Shown here piece by piece: positions 35,992 to 44,732 of a stretch of DNA of 64,000 bases. The stretch covers positions 198,607 through 262,606 of IMG/VR virus record IMGVR_UViG_3300029288_000054; one strand, 5' to 3'. Each line of letters starts with the position of its first letter. The first letter of the stretch is position 1. The position numbers and the translations under genes are program-made. The notes under the pieces are model-generated. The model saw only the letters and a program-made list of their open reading frames with translations, had not been told where the DNA came from and searched no databases. This DNA comes from a virus. Its lineage: Duplodnaviria; Heunggongvirae; Uroviricota; Caudoviricetes.

Positions 35992-36336
35992 CTATTTAAG
36001 GGTAATAAGCTGCTTGAAAACCAAGATTAGCGGGTCGGTCGTCCTATCATCAGGGACAATAGAGACGACCAGAAATATCTCTTTCTTCGTATTCGTGTAG
36101 AGATTAGCGTGGGAGGTCGTGTTGGCTGGGATTTTGACCGCCACCTCATCTGGGGGGATTAGCTTCGTGGCATCCGGCCAATTGATCTGCGTGATGAAGG
36201 ATAATTTCTTGTCCCGAGCCCATTGCATGAACTCTGTATTGGTGAATGATTGCATACTTCTCTCCGCGTTTCTCTGCGTTTCTCTGTGGCTCTGGCTTCG
36301 GACGCCTCGCTGTAGCTGACGGGCGAAAGAGGCCAA
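35992..36336 (-). CDS. hypothetical protein
   Basis: 114 aa ORF. Confidence 0.35.
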   Translation of the reverse strand: MASFARQLQRGVRSQSHRETQRNAERSMQSFTNTEFMQWARDKKLSFITQINWPDATKLIPPDEVAVKIPANTTSHANLYTNTKKEIFLVVSIVPDDRTTDPLILVFKQLITLK

Positions 36337-36413
36337 AGGAGATATGTCGGAACGTGTTCGAGAGTTAAATACGTCGTCTTTAATTGCTTTATAGCATCGA
36401 TTAACAAATTCTT

Positions 36414-36441
36414 TAACTTGTGCTATAATCTAACAGGAGAG
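36414..36441 (+). promoter_or_regulatory. extended -10 promoter (TGcTATAAT, hexamer 36424-36429) overlapped by perfect 10-bp inverted repeat GCTATAATCT-n8-AGATTATAGC
   Basis: TGTGCTATAAT, about 85 nt upstream of the first gene of the plus-strand block 36514-38755. The inverted repeat spans the -10. Confidence 0.35.
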
Positions 36442-36513
36442 ATTATAGCCTCTCGCCGTATTGGATAAGGAAGGGAAGAACAGTTTCGAAAGTCTCAACA
36501 ATCCAGGATTACG

Positions 36514-36786
36514 ATGAGCAGCACGAAAGCAAGAAAGACCGCAAAGCAGCCCAAAGTCAAGATCGCCCCCAAGGTGAAATCACCGATCACCCCGGAGAAG
36601 CAGGCATATCTTGATCGCTGTGCAAAGCGGAAGCAGATATTAGCCAAGAAACAACGGCCTGTTGAGAAGGTCAGGACCTATATGCCCCCAGTAAAGGGCG
36701 AGGCACCGTTCGCCTATATGGTCGAAAGAGGGCCGAAACAAAGCGAACAAGCCGTGGTAGAAGTCGAACAGAATGGCACAGAATAA
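36514..36786 (+). CDS. basic Lys-rich small protein (possible DNA-binding)
   Basis: 90 aa with a KARKTAKQPKVKIAPKVK N-terminus. Confidence 0.4.
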   Translation: MSSTKARKTAKQPKVKIAPKVKSPITPEKQAYLDRCAKRKQILAKKQRPVEKVRTYMPPVKGEAPFAYMVERGPKQSEQAVVEVEQNGTE

Positions 36787-36988
36787 ATGGTACGTCGTTG
36801 AGACGGCTTGCTATCCCAACTCGTGGAAGGTCGTCAATGACTATTATCGCCCAGATAATGCAGGATGCAACTACTTCCCTACAGAGGGCAAGGCCCAGCA
36901 TGAAGCTGACGAACGCAATGATCGTGAAGCAATATTCGATAAGGCTTTCGACGCAGTAGCGGAGCAGTTCGATGCCAGTAGGCTATAA
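36773..36988 (+). CDS. hypothetical protein
   Basis: 71 aa ORF. Confidence 0.35.
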   Translation: MAQNKWYVVETACYPNSWKVVNDYYRPDNAGCNYFPTEGKAQHEADERNDREAIFDKAFDAVAEQFDASRL

Positions 36989-37244
36989 AACGTGTCCGGA
37001 ATGCAAGCAGTCGATGCCTACCGGCAGAGCGACCTGTGTTAAGTGCGGGCACGTTTTCTTTCATATCGTGAATGGCGTGAATCTATATGACCGCAAGCGT
37101 CCTTATATGGATCAATGCCCGCAATGTAAGCACTATTTATATATTAACATGTACAGCAGGTGTGGTTGTGGAAACGATCTCAAAAAATTGCGAGACCAGT
37201 TGCGACAAACTAGAGGGCGTACGTTGCCCACGTTGCAGCAGTAA
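36972..37244 (+). CDS. double zinc-ribbon protein
   Basis: 90 aa. CPECK...CVKCGH and CPQCK...CGCG. Confidence 0.4.
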   Translation: MPVGYKTCPECKQSMPTGRATCVKCGHVFFHIVNGVNLYDRKRPYMDQCPQCKHYLYINMYSRCGCGNDLKKLRDQLRQTRGRTLPTLQQ

Positions 37245-37269
37245 ATTACGCAAACTACCTGACGGATCT

Positions 37270-37596
37270 ATGTTGTGCTGGAAATGCGAATTACATCGCA
37301 AACCTGCAGACAGGATTCTCATTCGACAAGACACGAAATTCTGGGTACTCAAGCGCAATCTTGGACGTGTTCCGCCCGGTAGTGAAGTGGAAGTCTGCAC
37401 ATGTAATGAATTATCCGGCGTCTTCGGAACGTTTAAGGAAAAGATTGACTGGACGCTGAAATCAAAAACCGGCTTCGTGATCGCCACTTCGCTTGATATT
37501 GATGATTTGGCGATTATGATTGTCGAAAACGAGTGGTATGTGCAAGGTCCGGAATCTCTGCTCGCCACGTTGAGTTTGCTGACGGACGAAAAATGA
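37270..37596 (+). CDS. hypothetical protein (start trimmed to ATG 37270)
   Basis: The annotated 37087 start overlaps the previous gene by 158 nt. The internal Met MLCWKCE begins after its stop. Confidence 0.35.
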   Translation: MLCWKCELHRKPADRILIRQDTKFWVLKRNLGRVPPGSEVEVCTCNELSGVFGTFKEKIDWTLKSKTGFVIATSLDIDDLAIMIVENEWYVQGPESLLATLSLLTDEK

Positions 37597-37859
37597 AAGA
37601 ACAACCATCGATTCAACATCGCGAAAGTTTGGTGTCTTACGCTAAGGCTGCTGGTATTGCTGTTCCTGCAAACTTATACGACACGTCCGATGGGTTCCGG
37701 CATTGGAACTTGTATTGTGACGTACAGATCGAGCGTCCTATATCTTCTAGCGATGCATTGCCGCATAATGCGAAAGTAATCGCCGACATTCCTATCGAGC
37801 GACTTGAGTCATCTTCTGAACCATTTGCGTTCGAAGAAATCAGCAATATGCTGAAATGA
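37593..37859 (+). CDS. hypothetical protein (ATGA overlap start)
   Basis: ATG at 37593 overlaps the TGA of the previous gene. Confidence 0.35.
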   Translation: MKEQPSIQHRESLVSYAKAAGIAVPANLYDTSDGFRHWNLYCDVQIERPISSSDALPHNAKVIADIPIERLESSSEPFAFEEISNMLK

Positions 37860-37951
37860 TTCATTCTTAAGTCATTTCGCGAACTTTCAGTTAAACTTTA
37901 TAATGTGGGGAGACACACTAGACACGACCGAAGATGAAATTGGGGTAAGAT

Positions 37952-38755
37952 ATGGCATCTCCGAGTAAGCACGATGATTGTCCATTTAAGGATATTGTAT
38001 TTCCAGAGAAAGCAGCAGCATCGGAGTCAGATCATCGTATGGATACCCGTGTCGGACGGTTAGAAGGCGTCGTCGAGTCACTGACACACGACATCCAGCA
38101 GGTATCACAAAACATCAACATGATGGGCAAAGAACTTGGCAACTTCAAAGAAGTTGTTGGTGATGCCCTCACGAAGATGCGTGATGCTTTTGGAAATCAA
38201 ATCAATACTGTTACTGATCGGCTAACTACGTCGGCAAAGCCGCAATGGCAGACTATTAGTGCTTTTGCCGCTCTAGCTATCACTCTACTCGGCATGGCTG
38301 GTGCTGTGGTTGCGTTGATAATGTCCGGCCAGTCGCAGAATATCACAGATTTGAAGAGAGATACTGCGGTTATTACCGAACGCATGTTTGCGAACCAGTA
38401 TGAAAAGGGTAAGTCTGATGCATTTGCCGCTGAGACCAGTAGCCACCTAGCTAAACTGGATACGACGTTGCAAAGAGAAATGACGCTTATGCAGCAGACG
38501 ACAGACTCTAAGATAATTAGTCTCGACGATAAGCTGCAAACAGAACTAAAATTAGATCGCAAAAACAACGCTGATTATATTGATAGGATTGAGAAAATCA
38601 TCCAAGATTTCCGTGCTTGGCGGTTGGCGCATTCTGCAGAAGGGTCTGCTATTGATGCCAAATTGGAAGCTAAACAAGAGATGGTTTTAGAAATGCTCAA
38701 GACAATAGATGCAAGGATGACACGCCTGCATGATGAGCATGAAAAGGCGAAGTAA
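37952..38755 (+). CDS. coiled-coil membrane protein with N-terminal RLEGVVE motif
   Basis: 267 aa. N-terminal RVGRLEGVVESLTHDIQQ, central TM (AFAALAITLLGMAGAVVALIM), flanking coiled coils. Confidence 0.45.
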   Translation: MASPSKHDDCPFKDIVFPEKAAASESDHRMDTRVGRLEGVVESLTHDIQQVSQNINMMGKELGNFKEVVGDALTKMRDAFGNQINTVTDRLTTSAKPQWQTISAFAALAITLLGMAGAVVALIMSGQSQNITDLKRDTAVITERMFANQYEKGKSDAFAAETSSHLAKLDTTLQREMTLMQQTTDSKIISLDDKLQTELKLDRKNNADYIDRIEKIIQDFRAWRLAHSAEGSAIDAKLEAKQEMVLEMLKTIDARMTRLHDEHEKAK

Positions 38756-39589
38756 TTAGGATGATGCACGTATTGCTAATATCTTCTGCACCATCGTCCA
38801 CGGGTCGATGCTGCTATTCTTGAGTGTTGGATCAGATGATATGTTATGTAGCTCTTGTTCGAATGACGGTTGATCCATCGCGCCACTTTGCCATGAGTCA
38901 ACTAGACCGTATAATCTGGACATCAACGAGCCATAGTTACTAGTGTCGTGTTCATAAAGCCCGACGCCTCCTTCAAGTTCCTTTACATCTCTACTCGGGC
39001 GATGGCGCTGACGGACGTCGAAATCTGGCGGATCTAATTCCTCTTCAGGTTCGATTATCGCGTCATCTTCAGCATCTTGCATCGGTTCGTCTAGATCTAT
39101 TTGATCGTTACATAATGGCTCAAAATCTATTGGCTGCTGTTGGGCACTATCGCCAAAGGCTGGTTTTGTTATTCCCTCGATCTGGTCGTCGCCAAAGTCG
39201 TCCCAATCACCTGGTAGGACGTTTGATACATACCCTTCTGCGATAGCCGGTACCCAGTATTGTCCTGCCTTGCCGGAATATTCGTGGAAAAGATGTGATC
39301 GATCGGTGGTAAGTAGGTTCATGAATTCATGACGATCTACTGTTATCCCATTCCTGCCGCAAAATATGCGGAACGATTCATAGTAAATATCTTCATGATG
39401 TGATATGAACTCCTGCAGTAATTGCTCTGGGGACACATCGATAGATTCGGAAATCAGTGATGCGACGAGCTTTTGATTATTCAAGGTTGTATCTCCCATA
39501 TGATATATTTTAACAAAAGATAAAGTGATGTGAGGGGTCATAATGATACAGCCGCTCGGTAGCGTAAACGCATTTCTTGAAGACATCAT
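38756..39589 (-). CDS. hypothetical acidic protein
   Basis: 277 aa with D/E-rich central region. Confidence 0.4.
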   Translation of the reverse strand: MMSSRNAFTLPSGCIIMTPHITLSFVKIYHMGDTTLNNQKLVASLISESIDVSPEQLLQEFISHHEDIYYESFRIFCGRNGITVDRHEFMNLLTTDRSHLFHEYSGKAGQYWVPAIAEGYVSNVLPGDWDDFGDDQIEGITKPAFGDSAQQQPIDFEPLCNDQIDLDEPMQDAEDDAIIEPEEELDPPDFDVRQRHRPSRDVKELEGGVGLYEHDTSNYGSLMSRLYGLVDSWQSGAMDQPSFEQELHNISSDPTLKNSSIDPWTMVQKILAIRASS

Positions 39590-39806
39590 GGCTCGCCGGG
39601 GGAGTATAACTGTAGCAGGAAACCCAAATCGCTTTGGTATCGAGATGGCTGGTGGAAGCGTAGTGGAAATGACTCCGTTCGAGCCAGATCCAGCAACATA
39701 CCGACATTGGTATTATTACAACACCGCTAGTAATTTATTGATGCGGAAAGTAGTTATCGCAACTACTCCTATTCCTGTCGCCTATTGGAAGCAAATTAGC
39801 AACTAA
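39543..39806 (+). CDS. hypothetical protein
   Basis: 87 aa ORF. Confidence 0.3.
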   Translation: MIQPLGSVNAFLEDIMARRGSITVAGNPNRFGIEMAGGSVVEMTPFEPDPATYRHWYYYNTASNLLMRKVVIATTPIPVAYWKQISN

Positions 39807-40405
39807 TCAGGTATTGGATTAGCTTGGACGCCACGACTAGGTGCTACGTCTGGCCGCATATGATGCCCGACTACGACATTTCTAAGGTCGGACGTAGTAT
39901 GGATCGCTACATTATAAGCGTCTGGTAGCATAACCATCCGTGGTCGATAATTCTTTGGTGAGGAAGTGTATAATTTGACTAATGCGACTTCATCGACATC
40001 TTTGCCAGTTCTTTGCTTCCAAGCCTCGATAAATGGTAAAACAACCGGTTTGAAATAAAGTGTTCCTGTTAACCAGTGCCCGTTGACAGATGCCAAAGCC
40101 ATTTCGCAGTCGATAGTTTCAAATAGGCTCGGATAAGAGAATATTTCGGCATCTGCATCTAACCAAAGTAATGGCCTATTCAATTGCTTGAGTAGCTGTT
40201 GAATCACGACTATCTTAGTGGCACACCCAGCATCCCATCCACCTTGTTGTTCTAGTGGTAAGACCAGATGCGGCAGGTCGAATTTAATACAGCTACGTAT
40301 CAGCCTGGTCACGCAGCGTTTATAGTAATCGCCAAGGTGACTTGTGACGGTATAGGCGGTAACTATTAATGGAAATTTTGGCTTGGCAGAAAGCGAATCA
40401 ATCAT
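39803..40405 (-). CDS. nucleotide-diphospho-sugar transferase-like (GT-A fold) protein (start trimmed to ATG 40405)
   Basis: FPLIVTAYT N-terminus and LWLDADAE DXD motif. The longer form would overlap the divergent GT25 gene. Confidence 0.4.
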   Translation of the reverse strand: MIDSLSAKPKFPLIVTAYTVTSHLGDYYKRCVTRLIRSCIKFDLPHLVLPLEQQGGWDAGCATKIVVIQQLLKQLNRPLLWLDADAEIFSYPSLFETIDCEMALASVNGHWLTGTLYFKPVVLPFIEAWKQRTGKDVDEVALVKLYTSSPKNYRPRMVMLPDAYNVAIHTTSDLRNVVVGHHMRPDVAPSRGVQANPIPD

Positions 40406-40428
40406 GGTATCCGGGAGAGGTTGAGAGT

Positions 40429-41058
40429 ATGCAAAACTTCTTCGACCATATCTACGTCTTAAATTTGGATAAGCGCCTAGACAGATGGCAGACAATCCAA
40501 AAACAATTGCATCGGGCCGGTATAACGAAAGCGATACGTTTTCCAGGCATTGCCAGACAGCCGGGTTGGATTGGATGTTATGAGTCACACCTAGCGATGC
40601 TACAGAAGGCTAAAGACACTGGTGCTCGGAACGTTCTGATTCTAGAAGATGATGCCGAACTCTATTCCGATTGGCAGTTTAATTGGCGACTTGGTAAAAG
40701 ACAAATTCGAGCAGACTGGGATATGTTATATCTTGGTTACAATCTCGATCCAGCAGCGGTCACAGTGCCACCGCAGCTTGTAGCATCTAATATGTTATTA
40801 TTAAATGATGCCCTGACTACTCATGCCTACGCCGTTAATTTAAAATGCTTAGATGGTTTAATTACACATGTTGTGTCGAATATTGATACCGGTATTCCGA
40901 TTGATGTAGTATATGCCAGATACTTCAATCATATTAAGGCATATGGTATATATCCCATGTTGTTTCATCAAGCTGCCGGTATGTCGGACATATTAGGCTG
41001 CGAGAGCAATTTTCCGCTAAGACAAAATATTGAGCAAGTGCTTTCCGGTAGGCGATAA
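40429..41058 (+). CDS. glycosyltransferase family 25 (LPS biosynthesis type)
   Basis: FDHIYVLNLDKRLDRWQ matches the GT25 N-terminal signature. Start placed at the ATG at 40429. Confidence 0.55.
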   Translation: MQNFFDHIYVLNLDKRLDRWQTIQKQLHRAGITKAIRFPGIARQPGWIGCYESHLAMLQKAKDTGARNVLILEDDAELYSDWQFNWRLGKRQIRADWDMLYLGYNLDPAAVTVPPQLVASNMLLLNDALTTHAYAVNLKCLDGLITHVVSNIDTGIPIDVVYARYFNHIKAYGIYPMLFHQAAGMSDILGCESNFPLRQNIEQVLSGRR

Positions 41059-41059
41059 T

Positions 41060-41794
41060 ATGGGTCACAACGTTGTTGGTGTATCATTCGTAGGCGGTTT
41101 TGGTAATCAACTTTTCCAATATGCGTTCGCACGAGCCTATGCTGAAGTATATCATGCTACACTACTGACACCGGGATGGGTTGGTCAACGAATTTTCGAA
41201 ATATCAAACCCACCGCTTGATTACGATTTGCCACGTGCCGGGTTTGACGAAATTCCGAATGGAAGAGTTAATGTCATTCTAAACGGCTATTTTCAATCGC
41301 ATACAGCAATTGATCTTATGTCTGTGTCGCGACTGCGAGCTTGGTTTCGACTACGAGACGAGTGGAAACAAAGATTCACAACTCGACTCTCGATTGCAGC
41401 ACATATTAGAAGAGGCGACTATATTGGCCTCAGTAATATCTATTGTTTGGTTAGTGAGAATTCGTATATAACTGCTTGTAGAAAATTCAGCTTGAATCCA
41501 GATAATATCAGTTGGGTGCAAGAAGGCAATCACCAGCAAGCTCAAGATCTGATAGATATAGGTGTGCCATTTCTCGATGATTTCGTGTCGCTGATGAATG
41601 CCGATGTTATACTGCGTGCGAATTCGTCGTTTAGCTGGTGGGCCGCTACACTAAGTAGAGGAAGAGTGTTGAGCCCATTAGTAGAAGATCGCATCGGCAT
41701 GCAAGATGTAGAGTTTGTTGAAGGCAACTGGCCTAGGATGGTAGATAGTCGCAATTGTAGGATGCATATTACTGACTTGCATTTGAAAGACTGA
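41060..41794 (+). CDS. alpha-1,2-fucosyltransferase-like (GT11)
   Basis: VGVSFVGGFGNQLFQYAFA matches the GT11 GGxGNQxFQYA signature. Start at ATG 41060, just after the previous stop. Confidence 0.65.
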   Translation: MGHNVVGVSFVGGFGNQLFQYAFARAYAEVYHATLLTPGWVGQRIFEISNPPLDYDLPRAGFDEIPNGRVNVILNGYFQSHTAIDLMSVSRLRAWFRLRDEWKQRFTTRLSIAAHIRRGDYIGLSNIYCLVSENSYITACRKFSLNPDNISWVQEGNHQQAQDLIDIGVPFLDDFVSLMNADVILRANSSFSWWAATLSRGRVLSPLVEDRIGMQDVEFVEGNWPRMVDSRNCRMHITDLHLKD

Positions 41795-41795
41795 T

Positions 41796-42389
41796 ATGTC
41801 AGAGTTTGATCGCTGGGCTGCTGATAATGGAGATGCGACGTTAAGGCTTGACTATCGCATAGGTATAAGCGATGTGGTTTTAGACTGTGGTGCTTATCAC
41901 GGCACCTGGAGTCGTAAAATATATGATCGTTATCGCTGTAGAATCATTGCGTTCGAACCAGTTGCAGAACACTACGTAATCACTGTCAGGGAGTTAGCTG
42001 GTATCGGTGCATATGTTTATCACGCAGGTATCGGGCCTGCTACCACAAGCTGTATCATCACAGTGAATGGTGATGCTTCAAGCACTTTGACGCAAGGCGG
42101 GTGTCAAGAGAAAATACGAATTATCTCTGTAAATGACGTTATTAGAGAACAGTCACTATCACAAATACGGCTCATGAAGCTGAACATCGAAGGAGCAGAA
42201 TATGATTTACTAGATCATATGCTTGATACTGGTATGATTAATCGCGTTGCCGATTTGCAGATACAGTTTCACCGGTTTGCTCTGAATGCTGAGGTTAGAC
42301 GAAAAGCTATTAGAGAACGCCTGCGACAAACTCATTATCTGACCTATGATTATGAGTTTGTATGGGAAAACTGGCGAAGAGCGCTATAA
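41796..42389 (+). CDS. FkbM-family methyltransferase
   Basis: 197 aa. LDCGAYHGTWS, AFEP, NIEGAEYDLL. Confidence 0.55.
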   Translation: MSEFDRWAADNGDATLRLDYRIGISDVVLDCGAYHGTWSRKIYDRYRCRIIAFEPVAEHYVITVRELAGIGAYVYHAGIGPATTSCIITVNGDASSTLTQGGCQEKIRIISVNDVIREQSLSQIRLMKLNIEGAEYDLLDHMLDTGMINRVADLQIQFHRFALNAEVRRKAIRERLRQTHYLTYDYEFVWENWRRAL

Positions 42390-42577
42390 CCTAAGCCAAA
42401 TCATCGCGACGATAACAGCTATCGGTAACAATAACATAAGACCAATATTTGCCAGCCTGGCGCGTTCGCGAAGATGTACTTCAAGCGGTACTAAAATAGT
42501 GATGCGATATTCACTCACAAACGTCTGCCACTCTTCATCTGTCATATTAGGCGACCGCGTGGGCGGACTCGGCATTA

Positions 42578-42958
42578 TCATTCCCATGGCATGATACCTT
42601 CGCCGGTGTCTCTTTCACGCTTGATATTCGGACTATTTAGATACCGAACGAGCAACTTCTGGAACTTAGAGTCAGCGTACCATTCAAGTCGGTTGAATGG
42701 TACGCTATTCACCGGCTGCCCTTTAAATTCACCATAGGGCATTTCGGTAAATCCAAACACACGAGCCTGTTCATCAGTCATCGGTTGGTCTGAGGTCGCA
42801 GCATGTGTTGGTTGTTGTGGTAAAGACTTTCGTATCTCATCCCAAAAAGCATCACATATATCAGGCTCGATAGTTGCAGCTTCTTCGATAATTAGCGGAA
42901 TGATGGTGCGTGCTTTTTCACGTGCGGCAACGCGACGTTTGATGATGTTCTCATCCAT
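42578..42958 (-). CDS. hypothetical protein
   Basis: 126 aa ORF immediately downstream of csrA. Confidence 0.4.
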   Translation of the reverse strand: MDENIIKRRVAAREKARTIIPLIIEEAATIEPDICDAFWDEIRKSLPQQPTHAATSDQPMTDEQARVFGFTEMPYGEFKGQPVNSVPFNRLEWYADSKFQKLLVRYLNSPNIKRERDTGEGIMPWE

Positions 42959-43159
42959 TTATATCGCTACAGCACTCGCCGATTGGTCATTGCGATGAAT
43001 CGCGTCGAAGACTTCGCGGCGATGCACCGGCACTTCCTTTGGGGCTTCGACCCCAAGACGCACCTTGTCTCCACGGATTTCAACGACTACGATAGTGATG
43101 TCGTCGTTGATAACGATACTCTCGTTCTTCTTGCGAGATAACACTAACATAGAGAACAA
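42959..43159 (-). CDS. csrA: carbon storage regulator CsrA-family RNA-binding protein
   Basis: 66 aa. MLVLSRKKNESIVINDDITIVVVEIRGDKVRLGVEAPKEVPVHRREV, collinear with CsrA including the GVxAPxxVxVHR motif. Confidence 0.75.
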   Translation of the reverse strand: MFSMLVLSRKKNESIVINDDITIVVVEIRGDKVRLGVEAPKEVPVHRREVFDAIHRNDQSASAVAI

Positions 43160-43175
43160 TCCTTTGTTACTGAGT

Positions 43176-43194
43176 ACAGCATAAACAACGTAGT
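43176..43194 (-). promoter_or_regulatory. perfect 7-bp stem hairpin (AAACAAC-n5-GTTGTTT) in the csrA leader / intergenic region
   Basis: Sits between the upstream stop (43200) and the csrA AGGA Shine-Dalgarno. Either a terminator/attenuator or a regulatory hairpin. Confidence 0.3.
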
Positions 43195-43199
43195 GTTGT

Positions 43200-43895
43200 T
43201 TACTTCTTCGTGTAGCCGGTCTTTTCCAGACGCTTACGAGCGTCGTCCAGCGTACCCTTCAATGGGTAGACCGATGTGCCGGATGGTGCAACTGCAACGC
43301 CATCCTTGAAAGCTTGCAGTTGGGCGAGGAAGGTGTCTTCGGTGTTCGACTTCTTCTTGCCGAGTGCTCCATTATAAGTGTTGAAGCATAGCTTGCGGGC
43401 GGGATTGTCGGCGAGTAGAACGTGTGATTGCACGTCCGTCCGTGGGTCGCTGAACTTTAGCTGTTGCTTGGTCCAGAGTTCGACGCCATATGTTGCGACA
43501 ACCGTGAAATCGACCATTGTGATAGCATCTGTTTTGGACATGTGTTTTTCCTGCTGTGTTGCGGACGTGTCATCGTCCGGGTTTAGATGTTCATGACTCG
43601 TTATTTGTAGTTTACCATGTACCGGACATTCCGCGATGTTCTTTTCGACCATCAATATCCTGGAACAAGCTGGGCACGCGGCCTTGAATTTCCCGCCGTG
43701 GTTGACGGCAACCAATTTTCCCGCTGCGTCAGATGGTAGTACTCGCTCCTTGTGGACTCGCAATTGCTTACCAGTATTATCAGATACATAAATGCAATTC
43801 TTCCTATCTGCTGGTCCAACAATCTCGTAAAGTCCGTTGGAAACTCCTCCTTCAGGCGTCATTAGTCGTACTTGCATGTCGTCCTTTCCGTGCAA
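43200..43895 (-). CDS. hypothetical protein with zinc ribbon
   Basis: 231 aa. CPACS...CPVHG. Confidence 0.4.
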   Translation of the reverse strand: MHGKDDMQVRLMTPEGGVSNGLYEIVGPADRKNCIYVSDNTGKQLRVHKERVLPSDAAGKLVAVNHGGKFKAACPACSRILMVEKNIAECPVHGKLQITSHEHLNPDDDTSATQQEKHMSKTDAITMVDFTVVATYGVELWTKQQLKFSDPRTDVQSHVLLADNPARKLCFNTYNGALGKKKSNTEDTFLAQLQAFKDGVAVAPSGTSVYPLKGTLDDARKRLEKTGYTKK

Positions 43896-43915
43896 CTGTG
43901 TTAAAATACTATAGT

Positions 43916-44179
43916 CTATTCCAATTGTAGAGCTGTCCTCAGGGGCTTGGTGAACCTGCTTGAATTTACTATATCTGAATGATATATGGCGTTAATTTTT
44001 GCAAGCGCAAGCCCGATTTGGTCTTCGATTTGTGCAATCTCTGCTGGTGCTAACGATTCCGTGGTACATAGGTCAATGACAAGGCACGTTCGCCTGAATC
44101 CGCCGACTTTATCGACTACCGCGATATTGGGCGGATACGGCGGATAAGGAGTACCTGACATGGATTCAAGCCCCAACAA
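43916..44179 (-). CDS. hypothetical protein
   Basis: 87 aa ORF. Confidence 0.35.
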   Translation of the reverse strand: MLGLESMSGTPYPPYPPNIAVVDKVGGFRRTCLVIDLCTTESLAPAEIAQIEDQIGLALAKINAIYHSDIVNSSRFTKPLRTALQLE

Positions 44180-44250
44180 CGTGGAGGAGGAAGAGGTATC
44201 GCTCGATGACGAACCTCTTGACCAATCACATCCTGTGCCGAGGATTCCTA

Positions 44251-44652
44251 TTACTTATGAGGACTCTGATGATTACGCCCCTTTCGACACTGACTCCGAA
44301 GAGACGCAATAATCTTTTGTATCGGTTTTGATTGTGGTTGTGTTATGTTCGGTGACGGCAAGAATGGATTGATGATGGCGTGCTGTAAAGAATGGCAGGC
44401 TAAGCTTGCACACTCAATCAAGCTGAGGGCATTCTCCGTCTTGTCGACAACAAACACTTGTAACTTCAGTTTGAACTTCCTTGCGAAATATCTCCTATAT
44501 AGCTCTGCGGCTTCGGCTTCGGTAAAAATTGGAAGTGTGCTACTACCTTTGTCGCTATCGACCGCGAACAGCTTTTTTGCACTGTAGGCGATAACGAAGA
44601 ACGGAACTTTGAGCAATCTTGATGCCATAGTTATGAAATACGTCGCTGCCAA
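44251..44652 (-). CDS. hypothetical protein
   Basis: 133 aa ORF. Confidence 0.35.
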   Translation of the reverse strand: MAATYFITMASRLLKVPFFVIAYSAKKLFAVDSDKGSSTLPIFTEAEAAELYRRYFARKFKLKLQVFVVDKTENALSLIECASLACHSLQHAIINPFLPSPNITQPQSKPIQKIIASLRSQCRKGRNHQSPHK

Positions 44653-44732
44653 ATTTTACCACAGGGCTGATTGCGCAACAACCCATTATTTTTGCGTATA
44701 GACGCATTCCCTATTATGGTGGTAGGTGATCG

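Noticed and set aside
42578-42958. FliW-like CsrA antagonist downstream of csrA
   Set aside because: The 126-aa product shows no resemblance to FliW sequences I can recall. The adjacency alone is insufficient.
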